The notes under the pieces were generated by a model. The model worked only from the letters and a program-made list of their open reading frames with translations. It searched no databases and was not told the origin of the DNA. DNA of 63,960 nt, filler included, from Octopus bimaculoides (taxonomy: Eukaryota), in the NCBI RefSeq assembly GCF_001194135.2. It is 5 parts of 5 records of this genome, joined end to end, with 100 filler letters (N's around TTAATTAATTAA, not from the genome) between each part and the next. Parts side by side here need not be neighbours in the genome. Positions count along the whole stretch, not along the records: positions 1 to 26,674 come from NC_068984.1; 4 more parts are not named here. The stretch is one strand, 5' to 3'. This document shows positions 1-13,637 of the stretch, piece after piece. The first letter of the stretch is position 1, and each line of letters opens with the position of its first letter. Position numbers and translations under genes: made by a program.

Positions 1-64
1 TAATACCAGTGGATCTCCTGATTTTATAATCCCTAAAGGGGATATTACATCCTCGATTTGAGTA

Positions 65-99
<35 letters not shown>

Positions 100-139
100 T
101 GTAAATCCAAAAAATAACAACAAAACTACAAAGGATTCC

Positions 140-202
140 ACGGTACACGTGTTTCAAGCTTTATATGTGTATAATTTACAATATAAAGCTATCCTCAGCC
201 GC
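140..202 (-). ncRNA. Type-I hammerhead ribozyme motif, core intact
   Basis: Minus strand reads GCGG-CTGAGGA-T-AGCTTTATAT...ATATAAAGCT-T-GAAA-C-ACGT-GT-A-CCGT: stem I GCGG/CCGT, 10-bp stem II, palindromic stem III ACACGTGT, GUA site (cut between 144 and 143). T.T mismatch at the base of stem II. Confidence 0.85.
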
Positions 203-689
203 AAAATTATATATGTATATATAGCATTTTTGTTTGTCTCAATAACTGACGAGAATGAATGTATCCGCAAATTTGCGAAATTATAACGAACATAACTGAC
301 ACATACACATAGACAAGAAGCAATAATAGGAGCATATTTTAATATCAAACTCTTAGTTTTTATTCGAAAACGGTTTTATATTAAATATCCATGTCACGCA
401 TCAAATTTAATAAAACACTTTCACACGAAGCTGTGCTATCATGAAGAAGTGTATAATGAGCTAAATGTTTTCAAAGCGATAAATGAAATTCTTTTGGCGT
501 TCGATAACTTCTAAATTATTCGGACATTATTTGCCTAAAATTTTCGTCTATTTCAGATATGTATAGAATTTAATTTGCTGTCGCTAATGTTTCATTTTTT
601 TAATTACTGCCATTGTTTCATTACTATTTTATTCACCTATTTACCAAAATTTAGCTTCGTCTTACATATTCTATATATTTCTTTCACAG

Positions 690-713
690 AATGCACGAGA
701 CAGTGACCTGAAT
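690..713 (+). CDS. Candidate 24-nt microexon (NARDSDLN in phase 0)
   Basis: Pyrimidine tract + cag acceptor and consensus gtaagt donor; length divisible by 3; only phase 0 is open. No homology recognised. Confidence 0.25.
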
Positions 714-1281
714 GTAAGTTAACTTCATATATTCCTTTTTCCAACCTTTCTTTAAACTTTCATCTTTCGACTTATAAATAGCATTTCACCTTATTTTCTG
801 TAACTTTATTGTAATTTCACATCAAACTTTCAATTAAAGTTATCACTCATGTTATTTATCGAGTTTCAACCCAAAATGTTGTGTGAAATTTCTTTCTAGA
901 GCGATAATATTAATATACATGTACACACATACACACACACATGTGTGTGGGTGTGTGTGTAATATAATTTTATCGTACATATCATTTTGTTGACCCTTGA
1001 CTCATGGGTTTTAGAATTATTTTTATTTCACTATACTACTCTCATTAATTCAGTGAGAAATCTAAACAATCCAAATATTTATGATTCTGTTTTTAATTGC
1101 TCGCAATAAGCACAATATTTCCAGGGAAAAAAAAAGAAAGAATAAAAGATTTTCGAGAAAAATTCAATTAAGACCCTCACACGGAAAGTGTGTTTGGTAA
1201 ACATTCGCTTTTTGATACAATTTTTCTTCTGCCTACTTTTTCTTTATCATTTTCCCTTTTTCTGTCTTTGTATTGACACAG

Positions 1282-1358
1282 CTGATAAGACCGGTATAGA
1301 AATCGGGGAAGCCGTTTTGACAATAAGACCAATCAATATAATGGATTCCATTGTTTAG
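1282..1358 (+). CDS. Candidate terminal coding exon (DKTGIEIGEAVLTIRPINIMDSIV*)
   Basis: Long pyrimidine tract ending in acag; phase-1 frame open for 25 codons, ending in an S-x-V C-terminus. No homology recognised. Confidence 0.2.
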
Positions 1359-2310
1359 TTTCTCTTTACAAAGTTGAGACTGACTGTCTCTCATACACAA
1401 CTCTCTCTCACACTTAGCCTCCTTTTATCGCTTTTTCTTATTCATTTGTTTGTTTTTGTCTTCTTTCTTATCTGCCAAAGGACCAACAAAACTCATTCTT
1501 GCCTGGATTTAAAGTCTTCAACATAACTGTTTGGAAATCAACCACAAAATAAAAGTCTTTCAGAAAGAACCACCAACCAACTCTCAAGCCTCGAAAAACC
1601 ATTCATTTGAATGATTCTTATATTTGTCTTCTACAATTTTTTAATATATCTTATTGAATTTGCTCGGTTCTTTTTTGATATTTTAAAGAATCATGTGCAA
1701 CTCTCTAGTCATAATATTGTTGATATTATAAAGATCATAGATTTTTGTTCAATATTTGCATTGTGAAATGTTTTTCTTTACGGATGGTGTGATATCAAAT
1801 ATTTATTGTTGCAGTAGAAACTGTACTAGAAAAGGAAATTATTTATTCATTTAGTTATTACTTTCTTCGATCTCGCTTTCCTCTTTTCTTTTTTCACTGC
1901 AATTGTTTGCATTGAAACGGATGAAAGCCGGCGCATATGTTGTTTCATTGTTTCTGCAGTTTCGCGTAATATTGGTAAACATGTTATATATATATGTATA
2001 CATATATGTATGCATATATGTGTGAGTACGCACGCGCGTGTATTTGTGTGTGTGTGCGTGTGTATGTGTGCAACGAATTTCTCTTATATTCAACCTATTT
2101 AACCGGTCTGTCAGCTCAATGTATTTTGCTATGTTATTCCCTTTAACTCTACATCTTAACCTAACCTCATCTCTTATACATCTAACTATAATATGCATGA
2201 TCTATCCTCAATCCCGCTCTTCCTTCCCGTCCCTATCGTTATCTTTTATTTATCTGTATTTGAATTCAGTTTTCTCCTCATTATGCGTATTCCGGTACAT
2301 ATGCTTACAC

Positions 2311-2350
<40 letters not shown>

Positions 2351-3252
2351 TGTGTGTGTGTGCGTATGTGTGTGCGTGTGTGTGTGTGTATGTGCGTGTA
2401 TGTAAGTGTGTACACACACACGCACACATACATACATACATNNNNNNNNNNNNNNNNNNNNNNNNNNNNNNNNNNNNNNNNNNNNNNNNNNNNNNNNNNN
2501 NNNNNNNNNNNNNNNNNNNNNNNNNNNNNNNNNNNNNNNNNNNNNNNNNNNNNNNNNNNNNNNNNNNNNNNNNNNNNNNNNNNNNNNNNNNNNNNNNNNN
2601 NNNNNNNNNNNNNNNNNNNNNNNNNNNNNNNNNNNNNNNNNNNNNNNNNNNNNNNNNNNNNNNNNNNNNNNNNNNNNNNNNNNNNNNNNNNNNNNNNNNN
2701 NNNNNNNNNNNNNNNNNNNNNNNNNNNNNNNNNNNNNNNNNNNNNNNNNNNNNNNNNNNNNNNNNNNNNNNNNNNNNNNNNNNNNNNNNNNNNNNNNNNN
2801 NNNNNNNNNNNNNNNNNNNNNNNNNNNNNNNNNNNNNNNNNNNNNNNNNNNNNNNNNNNNNNNNNNNNNNNNNNNNNNNNNNNNNNNNNNNNNNNNNNNN
2901 NNNNNNNNNNNNNNNNNNNNNNNNNNNNNNNNNNNNNNNNNNNNNNNNNNNNNNNNNNNNNNNNNNNNNNNNNNNNNNNNNNNNNNNNNNNNNNNNNNNN
3001 NNNNNNNNNNNNNNNNNNNNNNNNNNNNNNNNNNNNNNNNNNNNNNNNNNNNNNNNNNNNNNNNNNNNNNNNNNNNNNNNNNNNNNNNNNNNNNNNNNNN
3101 NNNNNNNNNNNNNNNNNNNNNNNNNNNNNNNNNNNNNNNNNNNNNNNNNNNCATACTTGTTACTTATCTAAATATATATGCATATATATATATATATATA
3201 TATGCATATATATTTAGATAAGTAACAAGTATGTACATGTGTCAATACATTG

Positions 3253-3547
3253 CGACCGTTTCAAGCGGCTCCATTTAATTGATCAATGAAAGTATAGCAT
3301 CATTTTGAAAGAAACGAATCTCTTCAGCGCAGATGACCATATAGATATCAAACATAAAGGATAAACCGATTTTAACAAATTTACCATATAATTGTTATGC
3401 TTTCTGTTAGTGATGTAAATTTGTTAAAAATGGTTTATCCTTTATGTTTGGAATCTATATGGTCATCTGCGTCTGAAGAGAGTGGTTTCTTTCAAATTCA
3501 TGTAATATTTTGATTGATCAATTAAATGGAGCCGCTTGAAACACCCG
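3253..3547. mobile_element. Foldback MITE, probably Tc1/mariner-derived
   Basis: About 125-bp inverted arms (gtttcaagcggctccatttaattgatcaat ... attgatcaattaaatggagccgcttgaaac); right end gaaacacccg followed by TA. Confidence 0.8.
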
Positions 3548-4692
3548 TAATATATTGACACCTGTACAGCCTTGTTACTGATTTACATTCTGCCTCAATG
3601 TAAATACCTAATTCAACTGAATCCCAATAATATTTCATATATATATGCACACGTATACTAGTATATATGTATATATATATAAATACCTGCTTGAATTGCT
3701 GCCAGACGTGTTGGATAAAAGGGATCAATATGACATTTATATATATATATATATATAGATATATATATATATATATATATATATANNNNNNNNNNNNNNN
3801 NNNNNNNNNNNNNNNNNNNNNNNNNNNNNNNNNNNNNNNNNNNNNNNNNNNNNNNNNNNNNNNNNNNNNNNNNNNNNNNNNNNNNNNNNNNNNNNNNNNN
3901 NNNNNNNNNNNNNNNNNNNNNNNNNNNNNNNNNNNNNNNNNNNNNNNNNNNNNNNNNNNNNNNNNNNNNNNNNNNNNNNNNNNNNNNNNNNNNNNNNNNN
4001 NNNNNNNNNNNNNNNNNNNNNNNNNNNNNNNNNNNNNNNNNNNNNNNNNNNNNNNNNNNNNNNNNNNNNNNNNNNNNNNNNNNNNNNNNNNNNNNNNNNN
4101 NNNNNNNNNNNNNNNNNNNNNNNNNNNNNNNNNNNNNNNNNNNNNNNNNNNNNNNNNNNNNNNNNNNNNNNNNNNNNNNNNNNNNNNNNNNNNNNNNNNN
4201 NNNNNNNNNNNNNNNNNNNNNNNNNNNNNNNNNNNNNNNNNNNNNNNNNNNNNNNNNNNNNNNNNNNNNNNNNNNNNNNNNNNNNNNNNNNNNNNNNNNN
4301 NNNNNNNNNNNNNNNNNNNNNNNNNNNNNNNNNNNNNNNNNNNNNNNNNNNNNNNNNNNNNNNNNNNNNNNNNNNNNNNNNNNNNNNNNNNNNNNNNNNN
4401 NNNNNNNNNNNNNNNNNNNNNNNNNNNNNNNNNNNNNNNNNNNNNNNNNNNNNNNNNNNNNNNNNNNNNNNNNNNNNNNNNNNNNNNNNNNNNNNNNNNN
4501 NNNNNNNNNNNNNNNNNNNNNNNNNNNNNNNNNNNNNNNNNNNNNNNAGTACTCACGATTATGAGTCCAACACCGTAACCACTAAGCGACGCGCTTCCAC
4601 ATATATACATATAGATATACAGATATGAATTTCAATATATGTGTGGATAGATAGACAAATAAATTTATGTTATTATGTGCGTGTGTGTGTGT

Positions 4693-4729
<37 letters not shown>

Positions 4730-5033
4730 GTGTGTGTGTGTCTGTGTGTGTGTGTGTCTGTGTGTAATGGTGTAAGTCATATATTTTTTGATATGCTGAA
4801 GGCCCTCTCTCCAGGTGCATCATTGATCATATTTGCGATTCTGACTATATCTAGAACGGAAAATTATTCATACATGCCCACACACACAGATACATCTATA
4901 GTTATGCTCATTCAGAGATAACGTTCATGTTCACTCAGACGATGCGCTGCAGTAACTCGAGAAATGAATGTCCTCATGTAGATAATTTGGTTCTAAACAC
5001 ACAAGCAGACCACGAAAACCTCACCGGACTGTA

Positions 5034-5071
5034 AGCTACATGTGTTTCTGTGTCGTTAAGCTTCATCAGCT
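5034..5071 (-). ncRNA. Degenerate hammerhead-like motif
   Basis: Minus strand CTGATGA...GAAAC-ACAT-GT-A-GCT; core words present but stem II does not pair and stem I overlaps the core. Confidence 0.3.
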
Positions 5072-7643
5072 AGGAATTTGGAGGCGTCATTCATGGACGA
5101 TAAGAGCTGGTACTCTTCTAAGAGCAAATAGCAAATTTGCTAGTGAGTAAAAAGTTCTTCAAACTGGAATGAATATGATTAGAGATGTTCTGAACAGTTT
5201 TGAATGAAATATGGTTATGTAATATCATATTTAATACACTTCTGTTAACTCGGAGAGGGAAAGGTAAATCGATGGTTATTTCTACAGTGTTTAGTTTTCA
5301 CATTTTAAGCTCATCACGCACAATTTTGTTACTCATTCTTCAAGAATATATTTATATAAAACATATTATTTTCTAGTTAATGTTATCAGCAGCAAACATT
5401 TCTTTTGTGATCAACTAAAGCAATTTTTGTTATTTCCTATGATAATAATCTTGAATACTATATGCCTTAAGTTTTAGCTCCTGTGTCCTGAGAGAAATCA
5501 AATGCACTCTTGATAAGGAAAAATATTTGTATCTGTCTCATTGATTACTTTCTCACTAGTCATACGCAGCTGTCTTTGTTATGATCTAACATGCATAATG
5601 CAGAATAAATATTAAAAAAATATCTACCAGTTTCACTGACCTAATCTCCTTATCTGAAATTGCACACTTCGATATATTTTTGAGTAAAAACATATCATAT
5701 TTGTTCAATTATTGAGAAATGAAATACAACAATGAAAATCAATATTACCAACAACCATAACAATATACTTCCGTTATACTTTTTGTTAGGCATAAAGAAA
5801 TTTGAATTTCTAAAGCCTAATCACAAACTTTTTTATTTACTTCTTTTGTTTGATATGATTTTTGTTTAAACGAAAAAAATAAATTCTTAAATTGGATATC
5901 AAATGTTGTGATTTGTTGTTTTGTGGAACACAGGAAAATATTGCCAAGACGTTTATAATCGATCTATACAGATAATAATAATGAGTACTCTGCCACTCCA
6001 CTGCCAAATAACAAAAACATTCTACTTTTTCTAACTATAACTTCTAATACTTGATCAAAATTATTGATCTTCTGCCGCATTGCACAGATAATTTAGTTTT
6101 CGTTTAAATAGAACCTTAGTGAATACTTTTGATGTTTTTGATCAAACTTCTTGCAAGTTTATGGTAGGAGGGGAAAAGAATGCGGACACTCATGTAGATA
6201 CATGCACGTGCATATATACATGTGTGTGTGTTTATGTGCGTTACTGCATCTGCGTATCTATGTGTGCAGTTCAACAATTTTTTTTTTGCTATATTAAAAT
6301 AAATGTATACCCTAATCTTATTCATCAATATTGCAAAACTACTTACACCTCCCCACCACTATGTTTGACTCTATATATATCAGTTTTTGTTTTTTTTGTT
6401 TTTTTTATGGGATAACTTAGATGCATGATCCAAAAGTAAGCATATCGTACCATCTGGGAATGATTTAGGTATAGAAACCAGTATTGTAGAATTGAGAGGA
6501 AAACCTTTACTTATTTTGGATAGGTCCAACACTTTAAACTTTAGGCTATCAAAATGTACAAATACCTAATACTAAATAGACTCTCCTTAATGTTTGATGG
6601 ATCTAAATATTTCTTAAACATATTCTACTATATTAAGCAGAACATTAAGCTATAAATCCCAGGGCAAAATATTTCTGGGGTAAAACAAAATCTGGTTATG
6701 CGAAAACATCCATTTAATGCCCATATACAGGATTTAGAAGCAATCCAATATATACATATACTGTCACACAGCGGGAAATAATATACATATCATATTAAGT
6801 TCTAACAATAGACATTTATCGCGCGACCCACCAAGTGTAATATCTTATTGTTCATCTGTACATAGGTTAACCATCTGTGGAATGGTGTTTCGGGAAATCA
6901 ACCTGCGAAGATCAATATATCTGACTGTTATTAATAGTTCGTACTCTGCCATGATCACTTTTATACCATCACCGGCAAACACAATATATTTTCTAAATGG
7001 TGCAGTGTACTTAGTTGTCTTGACACAGGATTTACTAGTGATGCAACCATGTCTTTTAGTTTTGGTTCCAGTGTTATATGTTCTGAACTAGACTTTCTCA
7101 TGAATTGAACCAGTACTTCTTTTCTTTGTATAGAATGCCCCTCTGAAAATGCGCACGAACGGTATGGGCGTTTTAATGTGTGTGAGTGGTGGAGTGTCGA
7201 TTCAACTCCAACCCTTTGAAGTAATTGCCAATCAGAAACCTTGTTGTGACTACAGTGTAGCGTACTACTTTGAACTCTAATTTTATTGATTTTCGAATCT
7301 AACTCAAAAAGATTGTTCGCAAGCAAACACATGTAAACAGGTGCTCATTTTAGTGGTCAAGCGTATTAGACATATATATGTTCTCTCCCATTTTTGAAGT
7401 TATTTCAAGGGTCCTACGAATAAACACACACACGCATTTTATAATCAAGAAACAAAAGTCTATTAAAAAGACATGATGTAGTATACATTCGCTTAAGAGT
7501 ATTTAGCTAGCTAAAGAACTCTAAGTTTTCCTAGACAAATGTAACTATTGGTAGAACATGAATTATGATACCAGTAAAACTCAAATAAGGAACATAAAAC
7601 CACTTGCAAACAAAAAGACGTGCGCACGAGCTTGTGCTTGTGC

Positions 7644-7683
<40 letters not shown>

Positions 7684-8049
7684 ATGTGTAAATTAAAATA
7701 CAAATTAGAAACAATAATAGTAATCTAAACATTATCTATCTCACATACGCAATGTATGTATTTTGTTTATTCGAAATATTTGCTGCGGAATAGCGATTAG
7801 GGAAAACTTCCGAATAACGCTGGTGTTAAAACACCAGAAAGTCATAGGCCAGGCGTGATAATTTACCTCGGATTAAACCAAGCGTAGTAGATGCAATATT
7901 CGCCATTATTGTGGCTTATGATCACTACGTACTCGGATTCAAACGAAGATGAACTGAATACCTGGTCAATGAACAAAAAGAAATAGTGTAAGAACTATTT
8001 GGTTTGATGTGCTACGACCAAGTACAAGTGGAAGTAATCTGTCCCAGTT

Positions 8050-8205
8050 TGTTTCAGGCTGAATCTTCTTGAGAACTACGTTAAGGGTACGCACGTCTGT
8101 GGAGTGCACGTGAATTTTGACCCGTACTTTAATTTCATAAGCAGGTTGTTCCGTTGATCGAATCAGCTGGAGCCAATGTCGTCATAACTGACAGAGTGCC
8201 AGAAG
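8050..8205 (+). mobile_element. SINE family B, 3' half, degenerate
   Basis: Matches the 3' part of the full copy at 38575-38966 (gagaactac...gttccgttgat...gagtgcca). Confidence 0.7.
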
Positions 8206-8664
8206 AAATATATGTGCACAGGTGATTCGGTGCCATTTTGGGGTGTGATCTACTTGAAGGTTATTTCCTTGCGATCCAAGAACAAACATCTCCCACAGAA
8301 ATCAGAGCTGGGCCTACACACATCCGAAATCTAATCACCGACTCTGAAAGAAAGTTCTTTGGATACAAATTTCCCAATCTGGATTAGTGTAAGAAAGAAA
8401 AATACCATACAGGAAAGCACATATTTTGGATTAATGGGTGTAAAGTATGCTGGTGGAAACTCAGAATAAACATAGCAAATGAATTAGAAGAGTCCTAATC
8501 TGATAGTGAGGTTTAAGATAGTAAAGTGAAATCACTGTATGTTTAACTGTGGAGAAATCAGCAATTCATAAAAAAAAAATTAGTAAGAAAAACAAAGAAA
8601 ACGCATATGGAGCATTGATGAGGGCTCTATATATACAATACCTCAAATATAATTTTAGTACTAT

Positions 8665-8840
8665 GTCTGTGTGTTTAAGAAGCTAGCTTTGCAATTATGT
8701 GGTTTCGGGTTAGTCCCGTTATGTTGGACATGTGCTGTCTGCTATAGCCCCGGAACGATCAGTTCATTTGTGATTGAATTTCGTGAACAAGAATTGCAGA
8801 ATCTAGTCGGGAGGGGGGGCTGTGCATGTGTGTGTCGCAT
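8665..8840 (+). mobile_element. SINE family A head, degenerate
   Basis: Resembles the head at 63843 (aagaagct...gggtt.agtccc...ctatagcc). Confidence 0.5.
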
Positions 8841-9094
8841 CAATTAATAAATGAGCTACGGTTATGTGAACTGCAAAAAATAGCATCCAAATTCCTTTCC
8901 AATAACACTCTACGTACTTAATATAGGTAATAACATACAGGGAAAATATGGTCTTGGATAGAGAATGTTACGGTCACCGATACAATACATTTAATCGTAG
9001 GCCTCCTTACACAGAACTGATAAAAAGAAACAGATTGATGTGTTTAAAAGACCGCCGTTGATGGTTCTAAGCTGAATTCCACACTGCAATATTC

Positions 9095-9095
<1 letters not shown>

Positions 9096-9125
<30 letters not shown>

Positions 9126-9135
9126 CATACATACA

Positions 9136-9165
<30 letters not shown>
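9096..9165. repeat. (TACA)n microsatellite
   Basis: Direct reading. Confidence 0.95.
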
Positions 9166-9167
<2 letters not shown>

Positions 9168-9584
9168 CTTGTATAGACACACTTACATGTAATAATAATT
9201 TATCTTTTACTTGTTTCACGCATTAAATTGCAACCATGCTAAGATGAAGTAGCATGTAATACTGCCTTGGAGAGTGCACTCGAATAAATGACTCCACTAC
9301 TTCTTTAAAGCCTGGTACTTAACCACTTTTATATAAAGCGATTGTTGACTGCATTTGTTGCATAAAAGGCGGTAATAGACAAAGAAGTGGTCGAGAATCA
9401 CTGACGTAAAGAAATCCTCATTGACTGGAATCGTATATAATTGTCGTTTTCCGAGTTGTTAAAAACCAGGCCAGCCGCGGCTTAGCAGGAATAAAGTTTG
9501 CAAGTCATGAACATCAATTATTTTATTATTCAAGGGATCGCAACTGCTAATGCACCCTTCCCTTTATGTATGTATATATTCATG

Positions 9585-9643
9585 TATAGATAGATAGATA
9601 GATAGATAGATAGACATACATACATACATACATACAGACAGAC

Positions 9644-9698
<55 letters not shown>

Positions 9699-9705
9699 CA
9701 CATAG
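9585..9705. repeat. Compound (GATA)n/(CATA)n/(GACA)n microsatellite
   Basis: Direct reading. Confidence 0.95.
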
Positions 9706-11509
9706 ATATGACGCAGCCGTGTCATTTATATATCTTCAGCAAATATAGTAGTACCAAAGATCCACTCAAGAGATAATACTGCTCTTTTGTATTAAAGGAA
9801 CAAGAAAAAAAAACAGAGCCACTGCTTTTGAGAATTTCTGAAGTAACCGACATCTAAACACAGACACTTACATGGTGACAGTATAGAGTCATGGTATGCT
9901 CTTTCAGATCACCCTTAGATGAAAAGCAGTCTTTTTCTTTCTTTCTTTTAAATTATAGTTTACATGCAACAGATGGTCGCTGAAACGTTCCAGAGTTTTT
10001 TTTTCTGTTCACACTGGGGATTTTCTCTTACAATTTTATCGTGAGGTACAGAAATGTTCCGTGAACTTTTTTTAATTCTATGGAATAAGAAAACTCAGTG
10101 CTGCATTTAGTTTGTGGTGTACAATAAAATACAACATAAATAATAACCGATTATGAATATTCAAAAACATCTTTTTTTTTTTTTTTACTTTTAAAAATCT
10201 ATCATTGCTGCTGTTGCTTTGCTTCAAACGTAGCACAGTAAAAGGTTTCTTTTATTTTTCTTCCTATGCTAAAACGTCTCTTTCACATTTGTATCGTGAA
10301 TATGCTGCGCGTTTATTGATTTTCTTTTTATTACCTTAACTCTTATACTACCATTGCATTTCAAAGTTCTTATTATTTTTGTTTTTATTTCTTATATTTT
10401 ATTTTCTTATACCGTAAATTTTAAACGAAGTTTTGAATGAGTTTTCTTATCGCTTGACATTAAGAGATTCATACTAAAATATTTTCTGAAACTTTACATA
10501 CTTTCCTCATTATTATACGTTTCTGAGGAAATGGCGTCTCACAAGAAATGCTAAACTGAATGGCTAAACAGCTTAAAAGTTGGTTATTTGATAATGCAAA
10601 ACAATTTCCGCTAACAATTTTTTACGTATCAGTTTTAAATCCGTCTATACACAATTTATGAACACAATTAATTTCTTCGTAAACCTTTAAATAGAAATAA
10701 AAAGAATTGTATGTTGTATTTTAATCCTCCCTATGATAGTAATAACATTTCTGGACTTCGTACTTGTTTAGAGAAACTGCTGCACAAAACATGTTTAAAA
10801 GATTTCGATTACATTAAACTAAACTACACCTAATGTCTTATGAGGCACCATTCTCATATATTCCAATAATTTCATTTCACAAATGTACACCATCATTTCA
10901 ATCCTACAATTAAACAAGTTATCTAATGAAAGAAGCAAGATTAATACAAGTTTCATGTCTTCAGCTTTTCAAAACTCAATTATTTAACGTAAAGGTTTCA
11001 TGTACATTTAAACTGAAAGCGCTGTTTCTCATTCTATCGATTGTATTAATTGTCTTGAGTGTAAAATCGATTTATGGGCTAATCAACTTAGTTAATAGAT
11101 AACGACAGATCGAATTTGCATCAAATAAATCTACCTCTTGGAATTCAGCACCTCAGAGTCCAACAAAACATAATCTAAATTCTTATCATCTCGGAAGTTT
11201 CTTTCCCAAGTATAATATTACGACAACAATATCACAATATGTCTTTACTATTTGTGTTGGAGTAGTAAACCGTAACGAATTGGATGTCATGTTAAACTAC
11301 TGTAATTGCATTTAATGTCGTCAAAAGAATAAGGAATGTTACCAAGATGTCATTTTGACATGGTGTTACAGGTAGAATTCAGCACGCTATATATACTAAA
11401 TACAGATAATTGGAGACAAAAATATATTTAGCGTTAATTATTTGTGTCTTAAGACATTTTGATTGTGATACATATTCCATAGAAACTTTATAATATTTAC
11501 TCACACAGC

Positions 11510-11715
11510 AAGGCGTCAACCCGGCAAAATCGTTACCACGCCATACAAACTGCTTAGCAGCATTTTACCCGTCTTTCTCTTCTGCATTCAATTTCCAACC
11601 AGGTCGACTTCGCGTGTCTTCCTTTCAGTGACGGTGAGATAAGTACCCGTCGTGCACTGGGGTTGATATAATTGACTATACCTTCTCATAAATTTTCAGG
11701 CCGTGTGTCTATAGA
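11510..11715 (+). mobile_element. SINE family C
   Basis: aaggcg head and ggtcgactt...ataagtacc...cactgggg core, shared with 12269, 38990, 39280 and 61405. Confidence 0.7.
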
Positions 11716-12268
11716 AGAAAGAATAATTATATTGTAATAATTTTGCAAAGTATTTTATCATACATCTCAAGTCTAGACTATAACTTTGTAAAGGTCAATA
11801 CTTGAGAAGAGTAGTGTATGAATAAACACTACACCCACATTACAGGAAACTCATAGCTAATAAACTATTGATAGAAAATTAGTGAAGATGCCGGAACCTG
11901 CCAAAATTAATATATTTATGCGTGATCTTATACGAAGAACCAGTTATGTATCAAAACAGAAAGAAATACATAACTGTAGCGTCATATTCAACATGTTATC
12001 TTTTGTATGCAACTATTCAGTTACACACAAAAGAATGGAATCAGTATTTGAAAATGATGCCAAAAATAATAAGGAATGGTACAGAAGGAATATAACCTCT
12101 GTACCGTCATAACTGCCGGAATAGAGCAGCCAGAGCTAAAAATAAAGGAGCTAAGTGTAATATGATATAGTAAGATAAAAACATTCGATAAAGCGATGTT
12201 TGTAGGATTCATCCAATCTTATCTATTTTGCACAAGGAAAATAAACCAATCTCAATAATAGAATTGTT

Positions 12269-12480
12269 TAAGGCGGCTCACTCGGAGAAGCGTTAGTACA
12301 CTGCTGAAAATGATTAGCGGCATTTCGTCTGCTTGCACGTTCTGAGTTCAAATTTCGCCAGTGTCGAATTTGTCTTTAAATTCGATAAAAATAAGTGCCA
12401 GTTGAACACTGGCGTCGATGTAATTGACTTACAGCCTGCCCCCAAATTGCTGGCCTAGTGCAAAAATTTGAAATCAATAT
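12269..12480 (+). mobile_element. SINE family C
   Basis: aaggcgg head, gttctgagttcaaat B-box-like word, shared core. Confidence 0.75.
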
Positions 12481-13313
12481 TGGAATTCTTTTGTAATAAG
12501 TCAACAGGATGAAGTCTCAATAACTAAAATATTTTTAATCACAGGCTCCCAACAAGTGCGGTAGATGTTCGGCTTGATTACTTGTAGACTAATTTTTGCA
12601 GGAAAATATTTGAAAAGAAATTCCATTATGACCCTACACATTCATTGGTTGACGCATTTAGCGATGAGTGTTCAAGATGCGAGGAACCTGTGTAGGTTTG
12701 AGAGGATATACTATTAACTGGTTAACAAGAGCACAAGTTGTTATATTAGCGATGGGATGCACAAAAACAGATCTAGTTGAAGTGTTATTGAATAAATCAT
12801 TCATAATTACTTGAATGGGATTTGTTTAGAAGCAGTCTAGCATATACATCGTGAAGTTGTAGGACTGTCCTATACATGCAAGTAGTTACGCCAGTAGTTT
12901 AGACAACCATCAATTATTCAAGGATAGATTATAACCGAGTAGTTTATCTGGTCTAATATTAATAATTCTTATCGTATTGTTGGAAACATACGGAAATTAT
13001 TGGAATAGTTCAATAGCGTATAGACACACACACACACACACACACACATACACACACACACACACACGCACACACACACAACACAACAAATATATACACA
13101 TAATCAAACACATAAGTATGTATAAAAAGCAAGAAGATGGAATGAACAAGCTTTAATCACAAAACACAACATTTGCTTCTATGCATTGATAACAGCTATT
13201 AGTTGCAGAGTTTTCCATATCATATAATCATGTAAATAAATATGACCCAGCCGTAGGTGTGTACTCGCACTTCATCAGGTAAATGGCTTTGAAAGCATAT
13301 ATATATATATATA

Positions 13314-13398
13314 CTTTATTTAAAAGCAGCAGAAATATAAAAACAGCTGTTACTCAGAGTAACAGCTTTTGTTATATTTCTGCTGCTTTTAAATAAAG
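13314..13398. repeat. Near-perfect 85-bp hairpin centred on ACTC-A-GAGT
   Basis: ctttatttaaaagcagcagaaatataa...gctgttactc a gagtaacagc...ttatatttctgctgcttttaaataaag. Confidence 0.9.
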
Positions 13399-13474
13399 CA
13401 TATTACTCTACCTCTGGTATTTGAGTACTCTTTTTTCCACCTTGTTTCACATTTATGTGCTTCGTCCGGTATAT

Positions 13475-13545
<71 letters not shown>

Positions 13546-13577
13546 GTATATATTAAAAATGGGGAATGCAGATTTAT

Positions 13578-13637
13578 GGGATTACCTAGGTTTCCCGCCC
13601 ATAAAGGCGTTAGCTTTATGGCGTATCGTCAGATCCC
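13578..13637 (-). ncRNA. Type-I hammerhead ribozyme motif, core intact
   Basis: GGGAT-CTGACGA-TA-CGCC-ATAAAG...CTTTAT-G-GGCG-G-GAAA-C-CTAG-GT-A-ATCCC: 5-bp stem I, palindromic stem III ACCTAGGT, cut between 13583 and 13582. Confidence 0.85.

Noticed and set aside
246-290. CTGACGA...GCAAATTTGC-GAAA-TTATAA as a hammerhead
   Set aside because: No U at 16.1, no stem I, and stem II is not adjacent to the core.
6961-7332. 123-aa minus-strand ORF as a gene
   Set aside because: No recognisable homology and a weak donor; kept only as a possible downstream exon in one finding.
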